Shown piece by piece: positions 38,452-48,854 of a DNA stretch of 64,000 nucleotides. The notes under the pieces are model-generated. The model was given only the letters and a program-made list of their open reading frames with translations. It was not told the DNA's origin and ran no database searches. This stretch comes from an uncultured Pseudomonadota bacterium (lineage in GTDB: Bacteria; Pseudomonadota; Alphaproteobacteria; Rs-D84; CACZYB01), in NCBI GenBank assembly GCA_902785275.1, contig CACZYB010000001.1, positions 206,608 through 270,607 on the forward strand, given 5' to 3'. The translations under genes and the position numbers were made by a program. Each line of letters starts with the position of its first letter. The first letter of the stretch is position 1.

Positions 38452-39009
38452 TTAAGAATTCTGTTTATTTCGTCTTTCTATACGATATTTTTCAAACTTC
38501 ATTGTAACTTTGTATCCAACAATAGAAAAAACAACAGCCCATGGTAAACAACCAACAACCATAGAAACGCCCCAATCTTTAAGAAGTATCTTAAAAAGTA
38601 ATCCCCACTTTTCTACAAAACCTAAATCACCCATAAACGCTTCTTTAAAAATACTTGAAAGCTTTCCATAACCGTTTATATCAGAAATATTTCCACGTAA
38701 AATCTGCCCTGTAACATAGAATATATAATATACAGGTATCATAGTAAATACATTGGTAACCCATGTATAGGCAATTCCAAGTACAAGTGAAAAATCAATA
38801 TGCAAAACTTTCTTAAAGAAAACCCATGTCATAAAAACAATCCACATCTGTATTCCAACCAAAGGAGTCATTGCCCAAAAAAGACCAACTGCAACACCCA
38901 AAGCTTTAACTTCTGGTGGTAAAGAAAGTCTTGCTACTGGAACAACCAATTTCATTTTCAAAAGTCTTTGTAATCTTTCTTTCAATGTATATTTCTTATG
39001 TTTTACCAT
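38452..39009 (-). CDS. DUF2062 family membrane protein
   Basis: P...ALGVAVGLF....P..G.Q, TWVTN.FT..P.Y. Confidence 0.85.
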   Translation of the reverse strand: MVKHKKYTLKERLQRLLKMKLVVPVARLSLPPEVKALGVAVGLFWAMTPLVGIQMWIVFMTWVFFKKVLHIDFSLVLGIAYTWVTNVFTMIPVYYIFYVTGQILRGNISDINGYGKLSSIFKEAFMGDLGFVEKWGLLFKILLKDWGVSMVVGCLPWAVVFSIVGYKVTMKFEKYRIERRNKQNS

Positions 39010-39299
39010 AATATTTTAAATCCTATCTTATTGATTTTACAAAATAATTTTTAAATTTATAAAAATATTAACAAATTAAATTTAAATATAACACCAAAAA
39101 TAAACTTGTCAATTATAATTATAAAAATAAAATTTAAACATATAAATAAACTTAACTATTTGTTTTTACAATAAAAATATCTTATAAAAAGCAAATCTTT
39201 ATATTTTATAAGTTATTCTTAATTAATCAAAAAATTATTATAAATATTATTATGAAAATTTTCAAAAAAAATCACCTCGTGTAAGACGAGGTTTAATTC

Positions 39300-39417
39300 T
39301 TTAACTTAGGTAACAGGATTGCTCGGGATAATATCCCCCATCCTTAAAGACCACTCTCGAAACCGTTCGTTAAAACTCACCGAATCAACTTCGCATGGTT
39401 TAATTTATCTAATCAAA
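39300..39417 (-). ncRNA. Candidate structured ncRNA (three-way junction) of unknown family
   Basis: GC-richer island in AT-rich spacer, closing stem plus two hairpin arms, followed by a terminator at 39264-39292. Confidence 0.45.
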
Positions 39418-39455
39418 GCAAAAATAAAATCCCATCGAAATGGGATTTGATTTTA

Positions 39456-39530
39456 TGGCTGGGGTGGCTGGATTCGAACCAACGAATGGCGGAACCAAAA
39501 CCCGCTGCCTTACCACTTGGCGACACCCCA
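39456..39530 (-). tRNA. tRNA-Gln(TTG)
   Basis: TGGGGTGTCGCCAAGTGGTAAGGC...TTTTGGT...TTCGAAT...CACCCCAGCCA. Confidence 0.97.
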
Positions 39531-39573
39531 AAAGATGTATACATAATATAATATATTTTTAAAAAATCAACAA

Positions 39574-39804
39574 CTATTTTAAAAAGTTAAATCTTTTAAT
39601 TAAATTTCCATCTTTTTCAACAGTTTCCAAAAACATTTTCTTTGGTCGGACCCAAATCTGTCCATCACCATATAATGCTTTGTAAACAACCATCTCTTCT
39701 AAATTCTCACTATCTTTAGCAAGAGCTAAAACTTTATACTCATTTCCTTTAAAATGTTTATAAGTACCACCAATTATAACTTTTTCTTCCATAATTTTTT
39801 CCAA
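39574..39804 (-). CDS. DUF1653 family protein
   Basis: G.YKHFKG..Y.V...A.DSE..E.MVVY.ALYG...WVRP..MF. Confidence 0.93.
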   Translation of the reverse strand: MEKIMEEKVIIGGTYKHFKGNEYKVLALAKDSENLEEMVVYKALYGDGQIWVRPKKMFLETVEKDGNLIKRFNFLK

Positions 39805-40042
39805 ACTGTTAATAAATTGTTAATAACTTTTGTAAATATGTTAATATCTTTATCATTTTAAATCAATCAACAAATCTATTAACATGTGAATAACTTTAAT
39901 AAAATTTCAAAAATTGTTAATAACTAAAAAAAGAATCCCTATTTTAAGGGATTCCATATAATAAAAAATAATTTTTTTCTGTGAATAAGTGGACTCAAAA
40001 CTATTAATAAACAGTTTTCACAGGCCCTACAACAAAAACTAT
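39805..40042. other. Putative chromosomal replication origin (oriC)
   Basis: DnaA-box-like TGTGAATAA (39885, 39980) and TGTTAATAA (39807, 39818, 39915), GANTC sites, adjacent to parB, strand-skew switch. Confidence 0.7.
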
Positions 40043-40927
40043 TTATATATTATTTAGTTTTGTGGTTATGTTGTTAAGTTCAGACAAATCATTAAACTTA
40101 ATAACAATTTCACCTTTCTTACCTTTAAGTTTAATATCTACTTTTGCATTCAAGGTATCAGAAAGATTTTCACGTAAAGAGATTAACTCACTTGTAAGTT
40201 CATTTGACTCTTCAGAAGAAGTTTCATTTTTCTTTACAGGTTTTACTATATCCTCTGCTTCCTTAACTGTCATATCACCTTTCAATATTGATTTTGCCAT
40301 CTTTATTGGATTTTCTTTTCCAACTAAAGTTCTTGCAATACTGTATGAAAGATCTCCATTATTAACCATATCTTGAACTTCCTGAGGAAGATAAAGAAGT
40401 CTTAAAACATTTGCAATGTATGAACGGCTTTTATTAACTATCTTTGCAATATCTTCCTGAGTGTAATCAAAAGAGTTCATAAGTTTCTTGTAACCATTAG
40501 CTTCTTCGATAGGTGAAAGATTTTCTCTTTGTAAATTTTCAATCAAACCTATCTCAAAAGTTTCTTTATCTGATAATTCTTTGATTATAGCTGGAATTTC
40601 AGTTATTCCAGCAAAAGTACTAGCTCTCCATCTTCTTTCACCAGCAATAATTTCATACATATTTGGCTGGGTTTTTAGTTCTCTAACTAAAATTGGTTGT
40701 AAAACACCATTTTTTTCAATAGATGAAGCTAATTCTTTTAATTGATCTTCCTTAAAATTTTTTCTTGGCTGATCTTTATTTGGAACTATATTACCAACAG
40801 GAATATATTTTATATCACCCTGCTCTACTTCTGTCTCTGAATTTGGATTTTTAAAAACAGGAACTTCTTTTTGCTTATTTTCAAAAAAAGTTGATAAACC
40901 TTTTCCTAATCTTGACTCTACTTTCAT
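40043..40927 (-). CDS. parB: Chromosome partitioning protein ParB
   Basis: LGKGL, QPRK.F, GVLQPILVR, IIAGERRWRA, ENLQRENL.PIEEA. Confidence 0.97.
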   Translation of the reverse strand: MKVESRLGKGLSTFFENKQKEVPVFKNPNSETEVEQGDIKYIPVGNIVPNKDQPRKNFKEDQLKELASSIEKNGVLQPILVRELKTQPNMYEIIAGERRWRASTFAGITEIPAIIKELSDKETFEIGLIENLQRENLSPIEEANGYKKLMNSFDYTQEDIAKIVNKSRSYIANVLRLLYLPQEVQDMVNNGDLSYSIARTLVGKENPIKMAKSILKGDMTVKEAEDIVKPVKKNETSSEESNELTSELISLRENLSDTLNAKVDIKLKGKKGEIVIKFNDLSELNNITTKLNNI

Positions 40928-40937
40928 ATTTCCCTCC

Positions 40938-41747
40938 TTAAGCTACTTTTTTAAGATTTTTATTTTCATTTCTTGTTATGAATTCAGCAGCTAAATTTAT
41001 ATAAGCTTGACTTCCCATACAATCTAAATCATATAAAATAACAGGTTTTCCATGTGAAGGAGCCTCTGAAATTCTTACATTTCTTGGTATTAATGTATTA
41101 AAAACAAGTTCTCCAAAACAATTTCTTACATCTTTTTCAACAAGCTCAGAAAGTTTATTTCTTCTATCATACATAGTAAGTAAAACACCTTCAATTTCCA
41201 GTTCGTTATTAATATTTTGTTGAACAAGTTGTATTGTATTCATAAGATGACTTACACCTTCTAATGCAAAAAATTCACATTGTAATGGTATCATAACAGA
41301 GTCAGATGCACCTAAAGCATTAAGTGTTAAAAAGCCAAGTGCTGGTGGACAATCTATTAAAATATAGTCATATTCTGATAAAAATTGATTTTTTTGAAAA
41401 AGATAACGTAATTTTAAAGTTTTTTCTTCCATATTTGCAAGATCAATTTCAGCAGCAGAAAGATCAATAGAAGCCGGAATTACATCTAAATTTTTTATTT
41501 TTGTTTGTTTTATTACTTCTTTAAAAGTATTTTTTTCAAAAAGTAAAGAATAAATATCTTCATTTCTTTCATTTTGTTCAATTCCAAGACCTGTACTTGC
41601 ATTTCCTTGAGGATCAAAATCTATTACTAAAACTTTTTTATCTATTGTCGCAAGTGCAGTTGCTAAATTTATAGCTGTTGTTGTTTTACCAACCCCGCCT
41701 TTTTGGTTTGTTATTGATATTATTTTTGTATTTTGAAATATTGTCAT
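40938..41747 (-). CDS. parA: Chromosome partitioning ATPase ParA/Soj
   Basis: NQKGGVGKTT, DFDPQGNAS, IDCPP, PLQCEFFALEG, EAPSHG. Confidence 0.97.
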   Translation of the reverse strand: MTIFQNTKIISITNQKGGVGKTTTAINLATALATIDKKVLVIDFDPQGNASTGLGIEQNERNEDIYSLLFEKNTFKEVIKQTKIKNLDVIPASIDLSAAEIDLANMEEKTLKLRYLFQKNQFLSEYDYILIDCPPALGFLTLNALGASDSVMIPLQCEFFALEGVSHLMNTIQLVQQNINNELEIEGVLLTMYDRRNKLSELVEKDVRNCFGELVFNTLIPRNVRISEAPSHGKPVILYDLDCMGSQAYINLAAEFITRNENKNLKKVA

Positions 41748-41917
41748 ATTTCCTCCTGATTTGTTTTTATATATTAAAAATATAAGATTTTTTTAGAATC
41801 TTTGCAAGAAATTTTTAATTATTACCGGTATTTTTTTTATTTATATCGAATTTATTATTAAAAATTATAAAATTTTTAAAAGTTAATATATTGTTTTTAC
41901 AGAGAAATAGTTGAAAT

Positions 41918-41933
41918 TGTTTCACGTGAAACA
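41918..41933. promoter_or_regulatory. parS centromere site
   Basis: TGTTTCACGTGAAACA perfect consensus, inside a 24-bp palindrome at 41914-41937. Confidence 0.93.
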
Positions 41934-41968
41934 ATTTTATTGAAAATTAAAATTTTTGTATAAAATAA

Positions 41969-42526
41969 TTATTTTTTAGAAATATTTGTTATTTTTATAA
42001 TAAAACCATCTTGTTTTTTATTTAAAACAAAATTAAAATTCCAATTAATTTTTGCTTTATTTATTTCTTCATTTATGTTTTCACCTTTAAGTAAATACAT
42101 TTCAGTTTTATCATAAATAATATTTTCACATAGATCTAAAAATTTATCTAATGGTGCAAAAGCACGTCCAATTATTGTATTAGCTTTTGATTTAATTTTT
42201 TCCACACGATCGTTTATAATATTGCAATCAATATTATATTCTTTTTTTATTTCTTTAAGAAAAAAGCATTTTCTTTCATCTGCTTCAATAAAATTTATTC
42301 CTTTTATACCGGCAACGCTTAAAACCATACCTGGAAAACCACCACCACTACCTATATCATAGATATTTTCTTTATCTTTTAAATAATCATAAAGATATAA
42401 ACTGTCTTTAAAATGTCTTTCCCAAATAGAAGGTATTGTTTTTGGGCTGATAAGGTTTATCGCCTTTTGCCATTTTAAAAGAATTTTTATATAATTTTCA
42501 AATTTTTCTTTTTTTATTTCAGTCAT
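41969..42526 (-). CDS. rsmG: 16S rRNA m7G527 methyltransferase RsmG (GidB)
   Basis: KWQKAINL, RHF.DS, DIGSGGGFPG, RAFAPL. Confidence 0.94.
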   Translation of the reverse strand: MTEIKKEKFENYIKILLKWQKAINLISPKTIPSIWERHFKDSLYLYDYLKDKENIYDIGSGGGFPGMVLSVAGIKGINFIEADERKCFFLKEIKKEYNIDCNIINDRVEKIKSKANTIIGRAFAPLDKFLDLCENIIYDKTEMYLLKGENINEEINKAKINWNFNFVLNKKQDGFIIKITNISKK

Positions 42527-42595
42527 TTTTTATACTTTTTTTTAAACGTTTTTTGTGGTATAATATATTATATATAATATAAGGTATACAAGAAA

Positions 42596-44320
42596 ATGCA
42601 AAATAAAAAAGTAAAAAATATATTTTCAACAATTTTTATTATTGGATTTATTTCCTTTTTGTTTTTAGCGTACGTTTTTGAAAATTCAGAAATTATAGTA
42701 AAAACAAAAAATTATGAATCTAATGATTTATTAAAAGAAAATAAATATGGACTTTTTTTATCAAGCTTTCATGCTAATATTTCTGGTGATTTTCCTAAAC
42801 TTTCATCTATTTATCCAGATGCAATCTCTCAAAATAAAGATGATTTTTTGGGAAAAGAACTTATATTAAAATCAATAACAAGTGATAAAAAGGATACTTT
42901 TTCTTTTGCATTAAAAGAATATCAAAAAAATAAAAATAATATAATTCCAGTAATGTACCTTGCTAATGATTATTTTTTAAAAGGTAATTATAAAAAAGCG
43001 TATGATATTTATAATGGTATGGGTGAAAAATCTGAAACCTTTATTATTAAGCTGTTACGTTCATGGATTTTGATTGCTCAAAATAATTACGAAGAAGCAT
43101 TGGATCTTCTTGAAACAGAAATTGAAAATCCTGCTTTTCGTAAATATGTTTTAATGCATCTTGGTGCTCAGGCTGAAATTGCAAAAGATTTTGATTATGC
43201 AGATGAAATTTATACGGAACTTTTAAATAATAATGATTTAAATATTTTTGATATTGAAAATATTACTGCTTTTTATTTAAAAAGAAATAATAAAAATAAA
43301 GCAATGGAAATTTTAAATGATTATTATAATAAAAAGCCGGATTCAATATCTATTTTATCATTGTTAAGTAAAATTAAAAAAGATTTATATAAACCAGTAT
43401 CTCTTGATACTGCAAAAAAAGGAATGGCAAAAGCTTTATTTGATATTTCATTTCTTTTGAATTCAGTTTTTTCATCAGCACAAGATTTACATCTTATGTA
43501 TCTTTCTATGATAAATGATTTGTATCCAGAACTTTATATGGCAAATATTGTACAGGCTGAAATTTATAAAAAATATTCAATGACAGAGAGTGTTTATGAA
43601 TATCTTGATTTAATACCAGAAAATCATTATCTTTATTTAATATCCAGAATTAATAAAATATTTTATGATTTTTCTGTTTTAAAAAAAGAAAAGAAATCAC
43701 TGGAATCTTTTAATGATTTGATTAAAAAATATCCAACCTATACACATTTATATCTTAAACTTGGAAATTATTATCAAGATATCAAAGATTATGATAATGC
43801 TTTGAAGAATTATTCAAAAGTTTTAAGTTTAACTGAAAATAAAAAACTTCAGGCAAAAACATATTATCTTATTGCTCGTGTGTATGACGATTTAAAAGAT
43901 ATAGAAAAGGCTAGGGTGAATTTTGATAAATCTTATGAATTAGGAAATAACGAACCTGACTTTTTGAATTATTATGGTTATTTCCTTGTTTATAATAACC
44001 TTGATTTTAGTAAAGGTTTAGTTTTGATTTCTGGTGCAATTATAAAGGAACCATCAAATCCATATTACCTTGATAGTTATGGTTGGGCATTATTTAGAAA
44101 TAATGATGTTGAAAAAGCTTTATTTACACTTGAATTTGCAAAAAGTTTACAACCAAAAAATCCAATCATTGTAAATCATCTTGCAGATATTTATTGGTTT
44201 TTGGATCGTAAACGTGAAGCTATATTTGAGTGGAAAAAAGCTTTATCTTTACAAAAAAATTTTCCACAGGAAGAATTAAATTCTAATGAAATAGAATACA
44301 AAATTAATTTCGGTTTATAA
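42596..44320 (+). CDS. TPR-repeat membrane-anchored protein
   Basis: LNYYGY, YYLDSYGWALF, HLADIYW...R.REA...WKKAL. Confidence 0.85.
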   Translation: MQNKKVKNIFSTIFIIGFISFLFLAYVFENSEIIVKTKNYESNDLLKENKYGLFLSSFHANISGDFPKLSSIYPDAISQNKDDFLGKELILKSITSDKKDTFSFALKEYQKNKNNIIPVMYLANDYFLKGNYKKAYDIYNGMGEKSETFIIKLLRSWILIAQNNYEEALDLLETEIENPAFRKYVLMHLGAQAEIAKDFDYADEIYTELLNNNDLNIFDIENITAFYLKRNNKNKAMEILNDYYNKKPDSISILSLLSKIKKDLYKPVSLDTAKKGMAKALFDISFLLNSVFSSAQDLHLMYLSMINDLYPELYMANIVQAEIYKKYSMTESVYEYLDLIPENHYLYLISRINKIFYDFSVLKKEKKSLESFNDLIKKYPTYTHLYLKLGNYYQDIKDYDNALKNYSKVLSLTENKKLQAKTYYLIARVYDDLKDIEKARVNFDKSYELGNNEPDFLNYYGYFLVYNNLDFSKGLVLISGAIIKEPSNPYYLDSYGWALFRNNDVEKALFTLEFAKSLQPKNPIIVNHLADIYWFLDRKREAIFEWKKALSLQKNFPQEELNSNEIEYKINFGL

Positions 44321-44382
44321 AAATACTCAGTAATTTTCTATACTAGTTTTATTAATATAAAGAATCCACTGGGTTTTTGTTT

Positions 44383-46392
44383 TTATTTATAAGTGTATGC
44401 ATCTGAATAGCTTGAATGTTCAATATCCTCTCTTGGAAGTTCTTGAAGAAATATAGATGGAATATTTTGTTGCCATTGGCCGAATACAAGTCTGCTTCCT
44501 GCATAATATATTTCTACAATCTTTTTTGCACGAGTTATTCCAACATAAGCTAATCTTCTTTCTTCTTCCACAGAACTACTTAATTGATCACCCATAGATT
44601 TTTCATTTGGAAAAATACCCATTTCCCATCCAGGAAGAAATACTATATCAAATTCCAAACCTTTTGCTGCATGCAAAGTCATTAATGATACGTATTCAGA
44701 GTTATCAATAGTTGTTTGATTACTTTCAGTAAATAAAGTAATATATTCCAAAAATTCAGGGATAGACTCAAAATCAGCCTTTATTATACCAATAAGTTCC
44801 ATTATATTTTGAACTTTTGTTTCGGCTTCCATCTTTTTGGAATTTTGCCACATTTCAAAATAACCGGATTCATGTATTATATGTTCAACAAGTTGAGCTT
44901 GATCCATAACTTTATTTGTATCAAAAAGATTATCGCTTTTTCCACTGTAAATCATTCTCCATTTATAAAAATCATCTATAAATTTTTGAAGATTTAAACT
45001 TGCTTTACCGGTAATTTTATTTGATTTCAACATTCTATCAGTCGCTTCAAATAATGATGTTTTATTTGCTCTAGCATACTCTGATATTGCTTGAAGAGTT
45101 CTTTCTCCAACACCACGTTTTGGTACGTTTATAATTCTTTCAAATGAAAGATTATCTTGTGGATAAATAAGTAATCTTAAGTAAGCAATAATATCTTTTA
45201 TTTCTTGTCTTTCATAGAAACGTAATCCACCAACAATTTTATATGGAATACCGGCTCTTATTAACTTTTCTTCAAAAAGACGTGTTTGATAACCAGCTCT
45301 TACTAATATTGCCATTTCAGAAAGAGAATAATTGTGTCTTTGATAATATTCAATTTCATCTACAACTTGTAAAGCTTCTTCCTCTCCATTCCAAACACCG
45401 TGAACCTGTATTTTTTTACTATTAGGATCAGCAAGCATAGCTGAGCAAGGTTTTAATTCTTTTCCGAGCCTGTCTTTATTTCTTGAAATTAAACATGATG
45501 CAGCATGAAGTATATGAGGTGTGGAACGATAATTTGTTTCCAATCTTATGATTGTTGCATTATCATAATCCTTTTCAAAACGTAAAATATTTTCAATTTC
45601 TGCACCTCTCCATGAATAAATAGATTGATCATCATCACCAACACAACAGATATTATGATGAAAATCAGAAAGAAGTTTCAATAATTTATATTGTACTGCA
45701 TTAGTATCCTGATACTCATCTACTAAAATATATTTAAATTTTTGTTGGTATTCTTGTAAAATAACTGGGTTTTTCTCAAAAATCATAAGTGGATAAAGTA
45801 ATAAATCACCAAAATCCACAGCATTTAGTTCTTTTAATTTTTCTTGATACACACGGTAAACTTCCAAAAGTCGGCCGTTTATAGTATCAACATCAATCAT
45901 TTTTATATTTTCATCATCAAAATAAAAAGCTTTATCTTTTAATCTTGCAATATTTTCAAGAACAATAGCTGGGGACCACTTTTTTGTATCAATTCTAAGT
46001 TCTTCTTCCATAACTTTTTTAACCAAAACTTTTTGATCATTTTCATCATATATAATAAAGTTTGGTTTAAGTCCGACAAGTGAAGTGTATTTTTTAAGTA
46101 TCTTAAGTCCGATAGAATGAAATGTACCAATCCATAAACTTTCTGCATTATCACCAATCATATTCTTTATACGATTTTTCATTTCATTTGCGGCTTTATT
46201 GGTAAAAGTTACCGCTAAGATTTGCCATGGTAAAGCCAGTTGTTTTGATATAATATAGGCAATCCTTGATGTTAAAACACGTGTTTTTCCGGTTCCAGCC
46301 CCAGAAAGCACCAATAATGGTCCTTCTGTTGTCTCTACAGCACTTCTTTGTTCTGGATTTAGTTTATTTAACCAATCGGGAATAATATTCAT
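44383..46392 (-). CDS. uvrD: UvrD/Rep/PcrA SF1 helicase
   Basis: LNPEQ, GAGTGKT, TFTNKAA, DEYQD, VGDDDQSIYSWRGA, NYRS, HAAKGLE. Confidence 0.93.
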   Translation of the reverse strand: MNIIPDWLNKLNPEQRSAVETTEGPLLVLSGAGTGKTRVLTSRIAYIISKQLALPWQILAVTFTNKAANEMKNRIKNMIGDNAESLWIGTFHSIGLKILKKYTSLVGLKPNFIIYDENDQKVLVKKVMEEELRIDTKKWSPAIVLENIARLKDKAFYFDDENIKMIDVDTINGRLLEVYRVYQEKLKELNAVDFGDLLLYPLMIFEKNPVILQEYQQKFKYILVDEYQDTNAVQYKLLKLLSDFHHNICCVGDDDQSIYSWRGAEIENILRFEKDYDNATIIRLETNYRSTPHILHAASCLISRNKDRLGKELKPCSAMLADPNSKKIQVHGVWNGEEEALQVVDEIEYYQRHNYSLSEMAILVRAGYQTRLFEEKLIRAGIPYKIVGGLRFYERQEIKDIIAYLRLLIYPQDNLSFERIINVPKRGVGERTLQAISEYARANKTSLFEATDRMLKSNKITGKASLNLQKFIDDFYKWRMIYSGKSDNLFDTNKVMDQAQLVEHIIHESGYFEMWQNSKKMEAETKVQNIMELIGIIKADFESIPEFLEYITLFTESNQTTIDNSEYVSLMTLHAAKGLEFDIVFLPGWEMGIFPNEKSMGDQLSSSVEEERRLAYVGITRAKKIVEIYYAGSRLVFGQWQQNIPSIFLQELPREDIEHSSYSDAYTYK

Positions 46393-46509
46393 TCTTTTCT
46401 ATCTTTATTTTTTGTTTTACTTATGTTCGATTATATAAAAAATAGTAATTATTTCAAGTTATTTTTATTTAAAAGAAAAAGGTACAACTTTCATCGTACC
46501 TTTATTTTT

Positions 46510-47292
46510 TTATTTTCCAGTTATTTCTTTGAATCCTTTGTCAACAACCTCATAACAATATTTAGCCAACTCTTTTCTATCTTTAAATTTTGTTATATCA
46601 ACAGGATCGTGAATAATTACTTCCATAGTAAATGGAACATGCTTCAAAGCATTCAATAAATGTTCACCCAAAGTTTGTTCCTTAATATACCATGCATAAT
46701 TATGTCTTTGTTCATCAGAAAGTTTTTTCCTTCCTTCATACATATATGCAATAGATATAGGTTGTATTAATACAGGGTTATCAGTCTGTTTTTCAAATTG
46801 ATTTTCAAACATCGCAAACAATGAACTTTTAAAAGGAAGTACTTCGTTGCCATCAGTTGATGTTCCTTCTGGGAAAACAATTACTGGAATTCTTCTTTTT
46901 TCCAGTTCTTTTTCCATAAAACCAACTTCATGACCAGCCTGCATCTTATTTCTGGAAATAAATATAGTATTTCCAATAGTTGCAATATAACCAAAAACCG
47001 GCCATTTTTTCACATCTGCTTTTGATATAAAGTTTGTGATAATTTTTGAACCAAGTCCGAAAATATCAAGATATGAATTATGATTTGAAACCAAAAGCAC
47101 TTTTTTATTTTTTACAACCTTACCTTTTACGATTTTTACTTTCATACCAATACAAAAGCAAAAGATTTTAAAAGCAATAAGGTTATAATAAGGTGCAATT
47201 CTTGTCTTGTATAAAAAAATTAAGGGTGGTACCACCAATATCATCGCGAGGACGAATAGTACAACCCTTATGTAAGCGATTAAAGTTTTCAT
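46510..47292 (-). CDS. 1-acyl-sn-glycerol-3-phosphate acyltransferase family
   Basis: NHNSYLD (HX4D), FPEGTS. Confidence 0.9.
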   Translation of the reverse strand: MKTLIAYIRVVLFVLAMILVVPPLIFLYKTRIAPYYNLIAFKIFCFCIGMKVKIVKGKVVKNKKVLLVSNHNSYLDIFGLGSKIITNFISKADVKKWPVFGYIATIGNTIFISRNKMQAGHEVGFMEKELEKRRIPVIVFPEGTSTDGNEVLPFKSSLFAMFENQFEKQTDNPVLIQPISIAYMYEGRKKLSDEQRHNYAWYIKEQTLGEHLLNALKHVPFTMEVIIHDPVDITKFKDRKELAKYCYEVVDKGFKEITGK

Positions 47293-47334
47293 AATAAAAC
47301 CTTACAATCTGTTTATTACTTACCCAATCAATGT

Positions 47335-47823
47335 TTATTCATTAGCAGGGGTAGGAGCAGGTGCAGTTTCATTTGCAGGAGCTTCATTATTTTCCATAGG
47401 TTTTACTTCTACTTTTGAAAAATCAATAGGAGCAAGTACAAAAGGAGGGAATCCACTTTCTTTTGTAAGATCTGTTACAATACCACGTGCAAATGGGAAA
47501 AGATAAGCAGGTACTTGTTTAAGTAAGATATCTGTATTTTCTTCTTTTGAATTTTGAGCGTTAACTGCAACCATAGAACTATAAGAAAGTTCAATGAAGT
47601 ACAAAGTTCTTTCTTTTAATGAATTTTTTACAGTCAAATGAATGTTTACTTCAAAAAGATTTTCCCCAGCAGGAGCAGATTTGATTTCAAAACCAACTTC
47701 TACATTTGGTTTTTCTTCTATCTTTTCAAAAAATATTCTTGGAGAATTAGGAGCTTCAAAAGATAAATCTTTTATAAATTGATTTAAAATTTCAAATTTT
47801 TTTGTGTTAGTATTTTCAACCAT
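47335..47823 (-). CDS. secB: Protein-export chaperone SecB
   Basis: QFIKDLSFEAP, LFPFAR, GFPP..L.PIDF. Confidence 0.95.
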   Translation of the reverse strand: MVENTNTKKFEILNQFIKDLSFEAPNSPRIFFEKIEEKPNVEVGFEIKSAPAGENLFEVNIHLTVKNSLKERTLYFIELSYSSMVAVNAQNSKEENTDILLKQVPAYLFPFARGIVTDLTKESGFPPFVLAPIDFSKVEVKPMENNEAPANETAPAPTPANE

Positions 47824-47906
47824 TTTAATTTTCCTCTTTAAATTTGATTTTTTTTATATTATATATAATACGTAATAAAACAAATAAAAACAAGAAAATT
47901 TTTAAA

Positions 47907-48575
47907 ATGGATATTATTATGAGTTCATTAAATTATTTTGATATTGCAATTATGATACTATTTTCAATAGTTTCTTTTTCTATATATAAGATGTTAAAGC
48001 CGGAAAATAGTGATGAAAAAATGCCTTCTTATGAGGGAAAAAATGAAAAAAACACTAAAATTGTAAAGATTTTCAGAAATAAAAAATCATTACAACATTT
48101 TGTTTTAGAAATTATTAAAAATGAAAGTTTGGATTTAAAAATTCAAAAACTTACAAAATTAGAAAAAGATTTTCATCCACAATCCTTTATGTCATGGACA
48201 AAGGATATATTCAAACTTATTTTTGACTCTTTTTATTCAAATCGTATGGAAAAAATTAAACCATTAGTTTCAAACGATATTTATAACGAGTTTAAAAATT
48301 TTAATGATGATCTTGCATCGAAAAAGCAATCTATTATTGCTGAAATCATTCGTTTTAAAACTGTTATGATAAGGGATGTTAATATTTCAAAGAAAAAAGT
48401 TGACATTATCCTTGAGTTTGTAACTGAACAAACTGCAGTTGTTAAAAATTCTGCTGGTAAAATAGTAAAGGGTGATGATAACCAAATTGAAACTATAAGG
48501 GATGTTTGGTGTTTTTCAAAAGATTTTTCACAAAAAAAAGCCGGCTGGATTTTATCTAAGACAATAGAAGCTTAA
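47907..48575 (+). CDS. Tim44/TimA domain protein
   Basis: F.TEQ......G..V.GD, DVW.F, W.L. Divergent from secB. Confidence 0.85.
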   Translation: MDIIMSSLNYFDIAIMILFSIVSFSIYKMLKPENSDEKMPSYEGKNEKNTKIVKIFRNKKSLQHFVLEIIKNESLDLKIQKLTKLEKDFHPQSFMSWTKDIFKLIFDSFYSNRMEKIKPLVSNDIYNEFKNFNDDLASKKQSIIAEIIRFKTVMIRDVNISKKKVDIILEFVTEQTAVVKNSAGKIVKGDDNQIETIRDVWCFSKDFSQKKAGWILSKTIEA

Positions 48576-48594
48576 GTAAGGAAAGGATTTAAAA

Positions 48595-48777
48595 ATGTTA
48601 TTCGAAAGAAAAATTACACTTGGAAGTTCAAGAAGAAGAACAAACTTTTCAAAGAAAAAGATTTTCGGTTTAATTGCTGTTATTGTGCTTCTTTTTCTAT
48701 CTATTTGGCAAATGCCAATAAAACAAACAGAAGTTTCAGAAAATGTTGCACTACCAAAGCCAACTGAAATAAAATAA
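48595..48777 (+). CDS. Small single-TM protein
   Basis: RBS AAGGA, one hydrophobic helix. Confidence 0.6.
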   Translation: MLFERKITLGSSRRRTNFSKKKIFGLIAVIVLLFLSIWQMPIKQTEVSENVALPKPTEIK

Positions 48778-48854
48778 TTTTATCTTTTTTCTGTTTACAA
48801 TATTATTTTCCTATGCTAGATTCCTTATATATTAACTCCAATAAGGATAATAAA

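Noticed and set aside
39300-39417. 5S rRNA, SRP RNA, hammerhead ribozyme or retron msr-msd identity for the structured segment
   Set aside because: Size and topology resemble 5S, but the conserved loop C/E sequences, SRP helix-8 motif and CUGAnGA core are absent, and there is no reverse transcriptase in the window.
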